Source of the DNA: Caldisericia bacterium
GTDB lineage: Bacteria > Caldisericota > Caldisericia > UBA6126
Length of the DNA: 64,000 nt
NCBI GenBank assembly: GCA_028700655.1
Contig: JAQVSG010000004.1
Coordinates: 1,570-65,569, forward strand
Direction of reading: 5' to 3'
Every line of letters starts with the position of its first letter. Positions within the stretch are counted from its first letter, which is position 1. Of this stretch, positions 47,158-55,698 are shown piece by piece. The notes under the pieces were generated by a model. The model was not told the origin of the DNA, did no database searches, and worked only from the letters and a program-made list of their open reading frames with translations. Made by a program: the position numbers and the translations under genes.

Positions 47158-47958
47158 TTATGAAAAACGGGGTAAATTTGAATTGTCGTTGTCGGGTCCC
47201 CAGCTGGACAAAGATCCAAAAATTAAGCACTCGTCGGGATCCATCAGAAGCTGTCGAGTCAATTCAAAAGAAGACATCTCCGAAAACTGTATGGGCAAAC
47301 CTTTAATCAAAACAAAAGGGCTTCTTTCTGTGGTTTCCCCCATTACCAAATTGGCTGCAGATGCTAAATTGTCAGCGAGATTAAGGCGGGTGATGTGCAT
47401 GATTTTACCAAACAAGTCTTTTTCTCCACGTCGGTCGATAATCCCATCAAAACCTGCAACTGCTATGGCCACACCGTAAGTGCCTACACGCAAAGGAGCA
47501 ATTTGAGAATCAGAGATAATAACTCCCACCGAAATGTTGAGTGTTTTTTTTATATATTCGTGCAATCTTTGAGCTGTGGATGTAGGATTTTTGGGCCACA
47601 GTACAGCATGGTTTTTGGGAACATTGGATTGGTCGACTCCGGCAAAGGGCGTAACAATACCGTTTTTCATGGTAGTGATAACGCCCGGAACACCTCCCAA
47701 TATCTCATCTGCTTCCTGCAAAATAGCTTGGCAAAATAAAGGATTCATATGATATTCTATCGCTAATGCCCATGCTTCTTCTGTAACAATCAAGTCTGAC
47801 AGAGATATTACTCGACCTTCAGAAATGGATACTACTTTCGAAGCAATCACAATAATATCTCCGTGGCCAATATCATTGCCTAAAATATCGTGAAGAAGCA
47901 GCTCTAATGGGAAGGGTTCCGTTAAAATTTTGGTTTGGTATGGAATTACTATCAACAT
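47158..47958 (-). CDS. Coenzyme F420:L-glutamate ligase (CofE)-like protein
   Basis: IASKVVSISEGR, AGVDQSN, VIISDS..APLRVGTYGVAIAVAGF, DRRGEKDLFG, and ASAANLVMGETTE..PFVLIKG match the PF01996-type pattern as I recall it. Strong SD AAAGGAG. Confidence 0.7.
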   Translation of the reverse strand: MLIVIPYQTKILTEPFPLELLLHDILGNDIGHGDIIVIASKVVSISEGRVISLSDLIVTEEAWALAIEYHMNPLFCQAILQEADEILGGVPGVITTMKNGIVTPFAGVDQSNVPKNHAVLWPKNPTSTAQRLHEYIKKTLNISVGVIISDSQIAPLRVGTYGVAIAVAGFDGIIDRRGEKDLFGKIMHITRLNLADNLASAANLVMGETTERSPFVLIKGLPIQFSEMSSFELTRQLLMDPDECLIFGSLSSWGPDNDNSNLPRFS

Positions 47959-48024
47959 TTACTCCTTTAGACAAATTCTTCTTTCATTATAATAGATTTG
48001 AATCATTGTAAGGAGTAACAAAAC

Positions 48025-48819
48025 ATGAAAATACTTGTTTTAGTGAAACAAATACCGGATCTAGAGAACAAGGTAAAGGTTTCGATTGATCCTAAGAATT
48101 TCAGCATGAAACGTGGAGGAATCCCCTCTATCATGAATCCTGCTGACAAAAATGCGGTAGAGGCTGCTTTAAAAATTAAAGATGCTCATCCCTCTACAAT
48201 TGTTCATGTCATCAGCATGGGCCCGAAACAAGCGATCGAAGTGCTGAAAGAAGCATATTCAATGGGAGCCGACGAAGGTACCCTATTGTCAGACGTATTG
48301 TATGCGGGTTCCGACACATTGGCGACGTCTTTAATTCTGACAAAAGCAATTCAAAAAATCGGGGATTTCACGCTTATTCTTTGCGGTAAGCAAGCTCTTG
48401 ATGGGGATACGGGACAAGTAGGCCCCGGGATAGCATCTCGTCTTTCTATTCCCCAAGTAATGGCAGCCACAAGTGTTACGGTAGATGACAATACCTGTCA
48501 TATTCAACGAGAGTTTCGAAATCATGTAGAAACAATCGTCTGTCCTTTGCCTGCATTGATAGCGTTTAAGGCCCATTGCAATATACCTCGCCTTCCTTCT
48601 TTAAGAGGCCTTTTTGCGAAAGAAAAATGGGAACCTGCCGTTGTCCAGAATACAGATCTTCAGATTTCTGTCCAAGACCTAGGAATAGAAGGCTCTCCCA
48701 CAAGAGTTGTAAAAACATTCCAACCGGTTTTAACCAAAACAGCAGAAACGGTGCATTTTGAAGATGGATCAACCCCCATGGAACACATCATGAAAACTAT
48801 CCACGAGGTAAATCAATAA
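48025..48819 (+). CDS. etfB: Electron transfer flavoprotein beta subunit
   Basis: MKILVLVKQIPD, typical EtfB layout with LILCGKQALDGDTGQVGP. SD AAGGAG. Confidence 0.9.
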   Translation: MKILVLVKQIPDLENKVKVSIDPKNFSMKRGGIPSIMNPADKNAVEAALKIKDAHPSTIVHVISMGPKQAIEVLKEAYSMGADEGTLLSDVLYAGSDTLATSLILTKAIQKIGDFTLILCGKQALDGDTGQVGPGIASRLSIPQVMAATSVTVDDNTCHIQREFRNHVETIVCPLPALIAFKAHCNIPRLPSLRGLFAKEKWEPAVVQNTDLQISVQDLGIEGSPTRVVKTFQPVLTKTAETVHFEDGSTPMEHIMKTIHEVNQ

Positions 48820-50003
48820 TGAAAATAAAAGTCATATCATCGCAATGCAACGGATGTACCCTTTGTATAAAAAAATGTCCTATTCAATCGATTCGACTTG
48901 AAAATAAAACAGCCGTCATCCTTGATTCCTGTAATTATTGTGGAATTTGTATTTCTGTATGCCCTCAAAAAGCGATTATCAAGTCGCTTGAGGATGAAGT
49001 TATTGCCCCTGTTACAAACAAGTCCTGGGTAATGATGGAAACAAAATTAAACGGAGAAATCGATTCCACAAGTTATGAAATGATATCCAAACTCCGCGAA
49101 CTCAACCCAACTGCTCACATTACTGCAGTGCTTCTTTCTTCTACCTGCAAGAACATCGATACTACTCTCCTAGGATCCGTTGGTGCTGATGAAGTTTTTC
49201 TCTTGCAAAATCCAGCCTTTGAGGAATACAATGCAGTGCTCTTTACAAAAGCACTTGTTCCCTATTGCCAAAGAGAAGAACCTGCTGTTTTTGTATTTCC
49301 TGCCACCGAAATGGGTCGAGATTTGGCCCCTCGCATTGCTACCGAACTTCATACTGGGTTAACGGCCGATTGTACAGATCTTTCTATCGATCCTGAAAAC
49401 GGCCTTCTTATTCAAACTAGACCAGCGTGGGATGGCAACCTAATGGCAAGCATTATTTGCCCCAATCGAAGACCTCAAATGGCTACCATTCGACCTCATG
49501 TGTTTCCTATGAATCAAGACAAGGACCGATCATGTACAACCCGGATAGAAGAATACAAAAACCCCGTTCTTCCTGTCGAAAAAATTACGCAACGCAGTGT
49601 GATTGAAAGTACTTTCCCAGATTTAGAAAAACAAACTATTGTCATAGGAGTAGGTAGAGGTATCGGATCCAAAGATAATGTGGATCTTATATGGGACTTC
49701 GCTCAGAGTATTCATGCTGGTATTGGATGCTCCAGACCTCTTGTAGATAATGGTTGGCTTCCACATGAAGTGCAAGTTGGTATGTCAGGCAAAGCAATTG
49801 CTCCGAAAGTATACATTGCATTGGGTATTTCTGGTTCTGTTCAACATCTTGTTGGTATGCAATCAAGCGAGTATATTATTGCGGTTAACAAAGATGAAAA
49901 TGCACCCATTTTTCATCATGCCCATCTTTCTCTCGTAGGGGATATAAAGAAAATGCTTCCTCTTTTGAAAGATATTGTTGAGAAAAGAAAAAAACTCTCC
50001 TAG
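48819..50003 (+). CDS. etfA: Electron transfer flavoprotein alpha subunit with N-terminal 2x[4Fe-4S] ferredoxin domain
   Basis: CNGCTLCIKKCP and CNYCGICISVCP at the N-terminus. EtfA core with the FAD motif GISGSVQHLVGM...IIAVNKDENAPIF. Confidence 0.9.
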   Translation: MKIKVISSQCNGCTLCIKKCPIQSIRLENKTAVILDSCNYCGICISVCPQKAIIKSLEDEVIAPVTNKSWVMMETKLNGEIDSTSYEMISKLRELNPTAHITAVLLSSTCKNIDTTLLGSVGADEVFLLQNPAFEEYNAVLFTKALVPYCQREEPAVFVFPATEMGRDLAPRIATELHTGLTADCTDLSIDPENGLLIQTRPAWDGNLMASIICPNRRPQMATIRPHVFPMNQDKDRSCTTRIEEYKNPVLPVEKITQRSVIESTFPDLEKQTIVIGVGRGIGSKDNVDLIWDFAQSIHAGIGCSRPLVDNGWLPHEVQVGMSGKAIAPKVYIALGISGSVQHLVGMQSSEYIIAVNKDENAPIFHHAHLSLVGDIKKMLPLLKDIVEKRKKLS

Positions 50004-50079
50004 AAAGAGAAAAACTGCAAACCACTAGCAAGAAGGAGAACAATCCCCTATAATTACTAAAAATACGTAAAGGAGCTTA

Positions 50080-50718
50080 ATGTATACAGCATTTTTAGTA
50101 CTCATCATACTTTTGCTTTTTCTAGGACTGGTTTATCTCTTTCATTTTCTTTTTATATTAAAAAACAGGCCTTCAAAAACCAATATTCGATCTCGTTTTT
50201 TTGCTGCCCTCACGCTAGGTTTTGACAAAGGCCTCGTACAGAATCTTGACAATGTTGTCGATATTTACAAAGGCCTCTCAATTGTGAATGAAGAAGAAGA
50301 CTACCGCAACAATCTCAGCACTTTGATGCGTCAATATTTGGTGGAAGTCCTTTCCAAATGCAAAAATGCAAAACGGTCCGAAGAAAAATGCAATATTGAC
50401 ATCGCTACAAAATTAACAGACTTTATCCGTTTAAACGAAAACCTTGCTCCCTACACCGATTTACCTCTTGAAGAAAGAACCATCTTTAACGACATTGCCA
50501 TATTTTTAGAAAAAAAGGACATAGACTCCGTCAAACGGAAAATACTGGAGCTTCAAGGAACTATAAAAGTACGCTATGATGATCTAGAACGTTTACGATC
50601 CATCAATAATTTATCGGTTCCCTTGGCCATTATTAGCGTTGTTCTTACCATCTTTTTTGGGATTGTCGCATGGGACAACCCAGCTCTAAGAGAAATCTTT
50701 ATTAAGTTTTTGCCATAA
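50080..50718 (+). CDS. Hypothetical membrane protein (N- and C-terminal TM helices flanking a ~150-aa helical domain)
   Basis: SD AAAGGAG lies 5 nt before the ATG. Hydrophobic segments at residues ~3-26 and ~180-200. I recognise no family. Confidence 0.5.
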   Translation: MYTAFLVLIILLLFLGLVYLFHFLFILKNRPSKTNIRSRFFAALTLGFDKGLVQNLDNVVDIYKGLSIVNEEEDYRNNLSTLMRQYLVEVLSKCKNAKRSEEKCNIDIATKLTDFIRLNENLAPYTDLPLEERTIFNDIAIFLEKKDIDSVKRKILELQGTIKVRYDDLERLRSINNLSVPLAIISVVLTIFFGIVAWDNPALREIFIKFLP

Positions 50719-50764
50719 ACCAACTTTAAAAAAATATGAATCCTTAGCAAAAAGAGAGTGGAGC

Positions 50765-52048
50765 ATGATGAAAAAATTAAAAAATTTTTGGTTTGTTCTC
50801 GTTTGTATACCGTTTGTAATGACTTCATCCACTGCATATGCGGACACAGCTATTCATTTGCAAAATGCAACCGATATGGTTACTGGTTTCACATTTGATT
50901 CTTCCTTGGAAAAAGGATTGATTTACTGCAATCCAAAAGGATTGCAAAAACAGTCGATGACATTTGACGCCAACCTTTCAATGGAATGGATTTCTCGGTA
51001 TGGCAGTATCACTTTTAACCAATGGGGACAAGATCTTCCCTATGCAGGAATGAATGAAAAAGGGCTTTGTATTATTCGCATTCCAGAAGTTTCATCCGTT
51101 TCTATTTCCGATTTTTCCATTTCTTCCTTGCAATGGATTCAATACCATCTGGATCAATACGCTACTATTGACGAGATTCTTAAGCAACCCTTTATCAAAC
51201 CATCCTTTTCTCATTTTGAGCCTATGCACTATATGCTCTCAGACCCATCCAATACCATTATTATTGTGGAATTCAACGACCACGAAACAAAAATTCATTC
51301 GACTTTAAACAATACTCTTCCGTGGCCTGTTTTAACAGAAATCCCTTACGCAGATGGGGTTGTAACGATGGAAAATCCCCCTTCCCCATCCAAAGAATCC
51401 AAAACACCCACCGATCGGTTTGTCAAAATGGCTCTTCAATTGTCCGAGTGGGATAGAGATTCACAAAACTCTTTGTATCTTCGAGCTTTTGATATGTTGC
51501 TCAATGCCGCTTCTGGAGAAACAAAATGGAATGTTTTATTCCATCTCAACGAACGAAATGTATACTTCCGCACTTTCTCTCATGATCGTATCAAAATCAT
51601 TTCTTTGTCAGCTGTTGACTTTTCTTGTGAAGAACCCATCCGATATTGGTCTGTGGAAACACAGGAAGTGGGGAATATTTCGGATTTGTTTCGAAACAAA
51701 TCCGCAAAACCAGATGCTTCTTGGGAATCAATCCATCTGTTTTCCTTCAACTCTATGCTTGAAAACCAATTCTCGTTACCAGATATGCAGAAAATTACAC
51801 AGTTTCCCTACGCTTATGAATGCAGTATGGACACGGTAGCAACAGACGGGGATCGACTCCAATCGTATGCACTTTGGTGGATTGCTATTACCGCAATTCT
51901 TGCAGCTTTTCTTTTTATTGTAAAAGGAATCAAGAATTACCAGAAATCCACAAAAAACAAACAGAAAATTGAAGGCAGTCAGCAACCAAAAAAACTATAC
52001 AAAAATTACAAAAAATCGTCCAAGAAAAAGCAAAAAGGAAAACCGTAA
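50765..52048 (+). CDS. Exported, C-terminally anchored choloylglycine hydrolase/penicillin V acylase-like (Ntn-fold) protein lacking the Cys nucleophile
   Basis: Signal peptide ..TAYA/DT. EWISRYGSITF, AGMNEKGL and TDRFVKMA resemble CBAH-family motifs. C-terminal TM helix plus a Lys-rich tail. Confidence 0.6.
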   Translation: MMKKLKNFWFVLVCIPFVMTSSTAYADTAIHLQNATDMVTGFTFDSSLEKGLIYCNPKGLQKQSMTFDANLSMEWISRYGSITFNQWGQDLPYAGMNEKGLCIIRIPEVSSVSISDFSISSLQWIQYHLDQYATIDEILKQPFIKPSFSHFEPMHYMLSDPSNTIIIVEFNDHETKIHSTLNNTLPWPVLTEIPYADGVVTMENPPSPSKESKTPTDRFVKMALQLSEWDRDSQNSLYLRAFDMLLNAASGETKWNVLFHLNERNVYFRTFSHDRIKIISLSAVDFSCEEPIRYWSVETQEVGNISDLFRNKSAKPDASWESIHLFSFNSMLENQFSLPDMQKITQFPYAYECSMDTVATDGDRLQSYALWWIAITAILAAFLFIVKGIKNYQKSTKNKQKIEGSQQPKKLYKNYKKSSKKKQKGKP

Positions 52049-53268
52049 TGCTTGGTCTTGTGCTGGAAGGCGGGGGAGCTAAAGGATCGTATCACGCCGG
52101 TGCCTACAAAGCATTGGCTGAAAACAACCTTATTCCCGATGCCGTCGTAGGAACCTCTATTGGTGCCTTAAATGGTGCACTCATTGCCCAAGGTGACTGG
52201 GAAAAGATGGTGGAGCTTTGGTCGGAGATGTCAATCTCAAAGATTCTCGACATTGACCAAAAACACATCCATAGCTTACAAAAAAAACAGTTTAGTTGGG
52301 AAAGCTTTCAATACTTTGCTACGTATCTCCATCGCTCTCTAGAAGAAGATGGACTTGATACATCTAAAATCCGAAAGTTGCTGGAATCAATAATTGACGA
52401 AGATAAACTTCGAAACAGCTCTATTGATTTTGGGCTTGTTACCGTTTCAATATCCGAACTGAAACCCTATGAAGTATTTAAAGATGACATACCAAAGGGT
52501 CAATTGATCGATTATTTAATGGCCAGTTCCAATTTTCCCATATTCAAAAGACAAGTCATTGATGGAAAGAAGTTCATTGATGGAGGAGTATACGACAATA
52601 CTCCCATCGATTTGTTAAAAAACAAGGGTTTTGACCACATTATCGTTATCCGAACACATGGTCTTGGCATAAACCGTTCCGTGGATATGAAAAATGTTAA
52701 AATTACGACGATTGATTCAAAAGATGATTTAGGAGGCTTGTTGGAATTTTCAAAAGAGAATTGCCTACAGAACCTGCAGTTGGGTTATTACGATGCCTTA
52801 AAAGCCATTCGACCCCTTCACGGAAGAGACTATTACTTCCAGCCATTGAATAACGAACCCTACATCATTGAAAAACTTCTAAAAATGCCCGAATCCATTG
52901 TGAATGAAATTGCTATGAAGATAGGGGTAAACAAAGAGTACTCTCATGCAAGGAAAGTGCTTGAAGGAATTGTACCGGCCTTAGCAGACCTTGTGGACGC
53001 CCCTAAGAGTGCCTCATACGAGGAAATTTTAGAATTTGTGTGCGAAGAAGCAGCTAAAAAAATTCCTTTGAACCGCTTCAAAATCTACACATTGACAGAA
53101 ATGATTGAACACATCCAGTCCCAGTACAAACCTGTTTCAGAAACGTTGCTACAAAAATGGTTTGCACTACCAATGAAAAACGATTTGTTTCGTAAAGCTT
53201 TCAAAGACCAAATCATTAACGAAGTCATTATGAAAGTGTTTCAAATTCAGAAAGACCCTCCACAATGA
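52048..53268 (+). CDS. Patatin-like phospholipase
   Basis: Oxyanion GGGAKGSYHAG, nucleophile elbow GTSIGA, and catalytic Asp DGGVYDN. ~170-aa helical C-terminal extension. TAATG overlap with the upstream gene. Confidence 0.85.
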   Translation: MLGLVLEGGGAKGSYHAGAYKALAENNLIPDAVVGTSIGALNGALIAQGDWEKMVELWSEMSISKILDIDQKHIHSLQKKQFSWESFQYFATYLHRSLEEDGLDTSKIRKLLESIIDEDKLRNSSIDFGLVTVSISELKPYEVFKDDIPKGQLIDYLMASSNFPIFKRQVIDGKKFIDGGVYDNTPIDLLKNKGFDHIIVIRTHGLGINRSVDMKNVKITTIDSKDDLGGLLEFSKENCLQNLQLGYYDALKAIRPLHGRDYYFQPLNNEPYIIEKLLKMPESIVNEIAMKIGVNKEYSHARKVLEGIVPALADLVDAPKSASYEEILEFVCEEAAKKIPLNRFKIYTLTEMIEHIQSQYKPVSETLLQKWFALPMKNDLFRKAFKDQIINEVIMKVFQIQKDPPQ

Positions 53269-53269
53269 G

Positions 53270-53614
53270 GTGGAAGCAATGCCTTATATAAATTTAAGTG
53301 GTGCTTCGGGACCCGCTTATTTTGATGGAGATGTAGTCGGTTGGATGGGGGTTTTTATGCCAACGGTTTTAATGTGCATTCTTACCCTTGGGCTTGCATA
53401 TCCATATGCTCGTTGTTTTTTTCTCTCATGGTATATCAGCTGTATTGTTATTGACGGGAAACGACTGTCGTTCTTTGGAACGTGGCAAGAGCTCTATCCA
53501 ATATGGCTTAAAAGTATTGTATTAACAATACTTACTCTGGGACTGTATTATCCTTGGATGTATACAAATCTTCGCCGATGGGAACATTCTCATATTCTAT
53601 CAACGGGAGATTAA
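53270..53614 (+). CDS. Small membrane protein, YjgN/DUF898-like
   Basis: Repeated TLGL(A/Y)YP(Y/W) helix-end motifs as in DUF898. The start may be the ATG at 53279 rather than the GTG at 53270. Confidence 0.45.
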   Translation: MEAMPYINLSGASGPAYFDGDVVGWMGVFMPTVLMCILTLGLAYPYARCFFLSWYISCIVIDGKRLSFFGTWQELYPIWLKSIVLTILTLGLYYPWMYTNLRRWEHSHILSTGD

Positions 53615-54234
53615 TAACGAATTACACCCTCTCTTAAAATCCTATAATCACCGGATTCTTGAAATGATATCACCGCAGAGGGTTGGTTGGTGATTTCTTC
53701 TCTTTGGATATCCAAAATCAATGATTCTTCTCCTAGGACATTCTGTGCTTCTAAAGGATTTTGAAACGGGTGTTCATCGCTAATATTTGCACTGGTTGTT
53801 AGAAAAGGACACTCAATGTAGCGAAGAAAATCGAGTAAGAAGGGATCCGAGGGAACTCGGATTCCAATCGTTGAGTGCGTTCTTTGAGGAGTGGTATATA
53901 GGGAGCACTGTGTTGCCATTGGGAACACACCGGTTACAGAACCTGGCCAGTTCTTTTCTATCAAAGGATGAAGAAGCAAGGATGGGTTGGAAACATATTT
54001 TACAGCGTCTTTGAGATCAGCAAGCAAAAGAATTAACGGTTTTTTTTCCTCTCTTTTTTTTACACGAAAAAGAGTGCAAACAGCTTGATACGACTCCCCA
54101 TGAACCCCTATTCCCATCACCGTATCGGTGGGAAAAACAAGAGGTGCATCCTGAAAAAGCCAATTTTTACAGAATTTTTTTTCGAATTCTGTCAGACAGG
54201 GTGGATTTTCAGCACGGAGGATCATACATTTCAA
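53611..54234 (-). CDS. tsaC: L-threonylcarbamoyladenylate synthase (TsaC/YrdC type, single domain)
   Basis: FPTDTVMGIG, K.REEKKPLILL, IGIRVP, and TSANISDE. Confidence 0.85.
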   Translation of the reverse strand: MKCMILRAENPPCLTEFEKKFCKNWLFQDAPLVFPTDTVMGIGVHGESYQAVCTLFRVKKREEKKPLILLLADLKDAVKYVSNPSLLLHPLIEKNWPGSVTGVFPMATQCSLYTTPQRTHSTIGIRVPSDPFLLDFLRYIECPFLTTSANISDEHPFQNPLEAQNVLGEESLILDIQREEITNQPSAVISFQESGDYRILREGVIRY

Positions 54235-54860
54235 TTCCCTAGCAAATTCTTTTTAAACATCACCTTTTCGGTACCAGAAAGAAGTCGTTTTACATTCTCT
54301 CTATGTTGCCAAATTGTTAAAAGACTGAAAAAGACAGAGAACAATACAACCCATATTCCGGTTTCAAACAGATAAAACCACAAAATAATAGACACAACAG
54401 CTACAATAGAAGCCAAAGATACATATCCCCAAATCAGTAAAACAACAATCCAAACAACAGCCATTAAGAGGGCTATATTTATGTCATATACAATCAACAA
54501 CCCCAACAATGTAGACATTCCTTTTCCACCGGTAAATCCTAAAAAACAAGAAAAATCATGGCCAATAATGCTAAGAGAAACTATAAACAATAAAACATCA
54601 CGATATAACTGAGACATCCCAGGAAACAACCAAGAAGCAATCAAAAAAGGAATCATTGCCTTGGAAGCGTCCAAAAGCAACGAAAGAGCTCCCCATTTTA
54701 AGCCCAATACGCGAGCAATATTTGTAGCTCCGATATTGCCCGACCCTTTCTGTCGAATATCAATTTTATGCAATAGATAGGCAATAATATATCCGAACGG
54801 AATGCTACCGTAAAGATACGATCCTATCGCCAAAATGACAATGTGAAATGTGTCAATCAT
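54231..54860 (-). CDS. plsY: Glycerol-3-phosphate acyltransferase (acyl-phosphate dependent)
   Basis: GSIPFGYI, GSGNIGATN, and GGKG motifs. About five TM helices. Confidence 0.9.
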   Translation of the reverse strand: MIDTFHIVILAIGSYLYGSIPFGYIIAYLLHKIDIRQKGSGNIGATNIARVLGLKWGALSLLLDASKAMIPFLIASWLFPGMSQLYRDVLLFIVSLSIIGHDFSCFLGFTGGKGMSTLLGLLIVYDINIALLMAVVWIVVLLIWGYVSLASIVAVVSIILWFYLFETGIWVVLFSVFFSLLTIWQHRENVKRLLSGTEKVMFKKNLLGN

Positions 54861-55689
54861 AATACCCTCCGCAAACTCGTTTTATACCCGCTAAATCTTT
54901 TTGTATAAAGCAATTGTAAAAACCGTAGGTTTCCATTTTTTGTTTACATTTTTCAGCAATACTGTCACAAACTTCAAAGAGAAGTAAACCATTTTTGGAA
55001 AGATGGATACGGGCATCTCGAATCAGTGTATCCGTTCGTTGCATGCCATCTTTCCCTCCATCTAAAGCGAGAAGGGGTTCACGCTTCACATCCTCTGAGA
55101 GATCACAAATCCAAGAAGTGGGAATGTAGGGGGGGTTGGAAACAATCAAATGGTAAGAATCTTGAATGTCTGTGAACATATCACTATGAATAAGTCGTAT
55201 GCGGTCTTGAAGTTGGTATTTTGCACAATTCTTTTGGGCCACCTTTAATGCTTCCAGAGAAACATCGGAAGCATCAATGTGGGCAGTAGAATGCGAAGTT
55301 CCAATGGCGATTGCTATAGCACCCGACCCCGTACCCAAATCAAGGATGTTTCCATGAAAAGACTGACGTTGTAAATAGTTCACAGCAATTTCTACTAGCA
55401 ATTCTGTTTCTGGTCTTGGTATGAGAACGCTTTCTTCAACATAAAGAGACAGATTAAAAAAAGGTTTTTCACCTGTAATATATGCAACTGGACGACCCTG
55501 CGTCCTTTGTTCTAAAAATGTTTGATATTGAGCAAACTCATACTCGCTAATAGGGTCTTGGAAATGAGCATATAGCTGAGACCTATCCTTCCCCACCGAT
55601 TTCATTAAAAGTATTTCTGCTTCCAATCTACCGGAGTCCGACGAGAGCTTCTGCAATCCAATCTGAAGAGCATCACGCATATTTGTCAT
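54853..55689 (-). CDS. prmC: Release factor glutamine methyltransferase
   Basis: RPETE, DLGTGSGAIAIA, and IVSNPPYI. Directly downstream of prfA. Confidence 0.9.
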   Translation of the reverse strand: MTNMRDALQIGLQKLSSDSGRLEAEILLMKSVGKDRSQLYAHFQDPISEYEFAQYQTFLEQRTQGRPVAYITGEKPFFNLSLYVEESVLIPRPETELLVEIAVNYLQRQSFHGNILDLGTGSGAIAIAIGTSHSTAHIDASDVSLEALKVAQKNCAKYQLQDRIRLIHSDMFTDIQDSYHLIVSNPPYIPTSWICDLSEDVKREPLLALDGGKDGMQRTDTLIRDARIHLSKNGLLLFEVCDSIAEKCKQKMETYGFYNCFIQKDLAGIKRVCGGYYD

Positions 55690-55698
55690 AGGAAATCC

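Noticed and set aside
47959-48018. 9-bp inverted repeat TTACTCCTT ... AAGGAGTAA between the cofE-like gene and etfB
   Set aside because: The two arms are simply the SD sequences of the two divergent genes. Neither predicted transcript would contain both arms.
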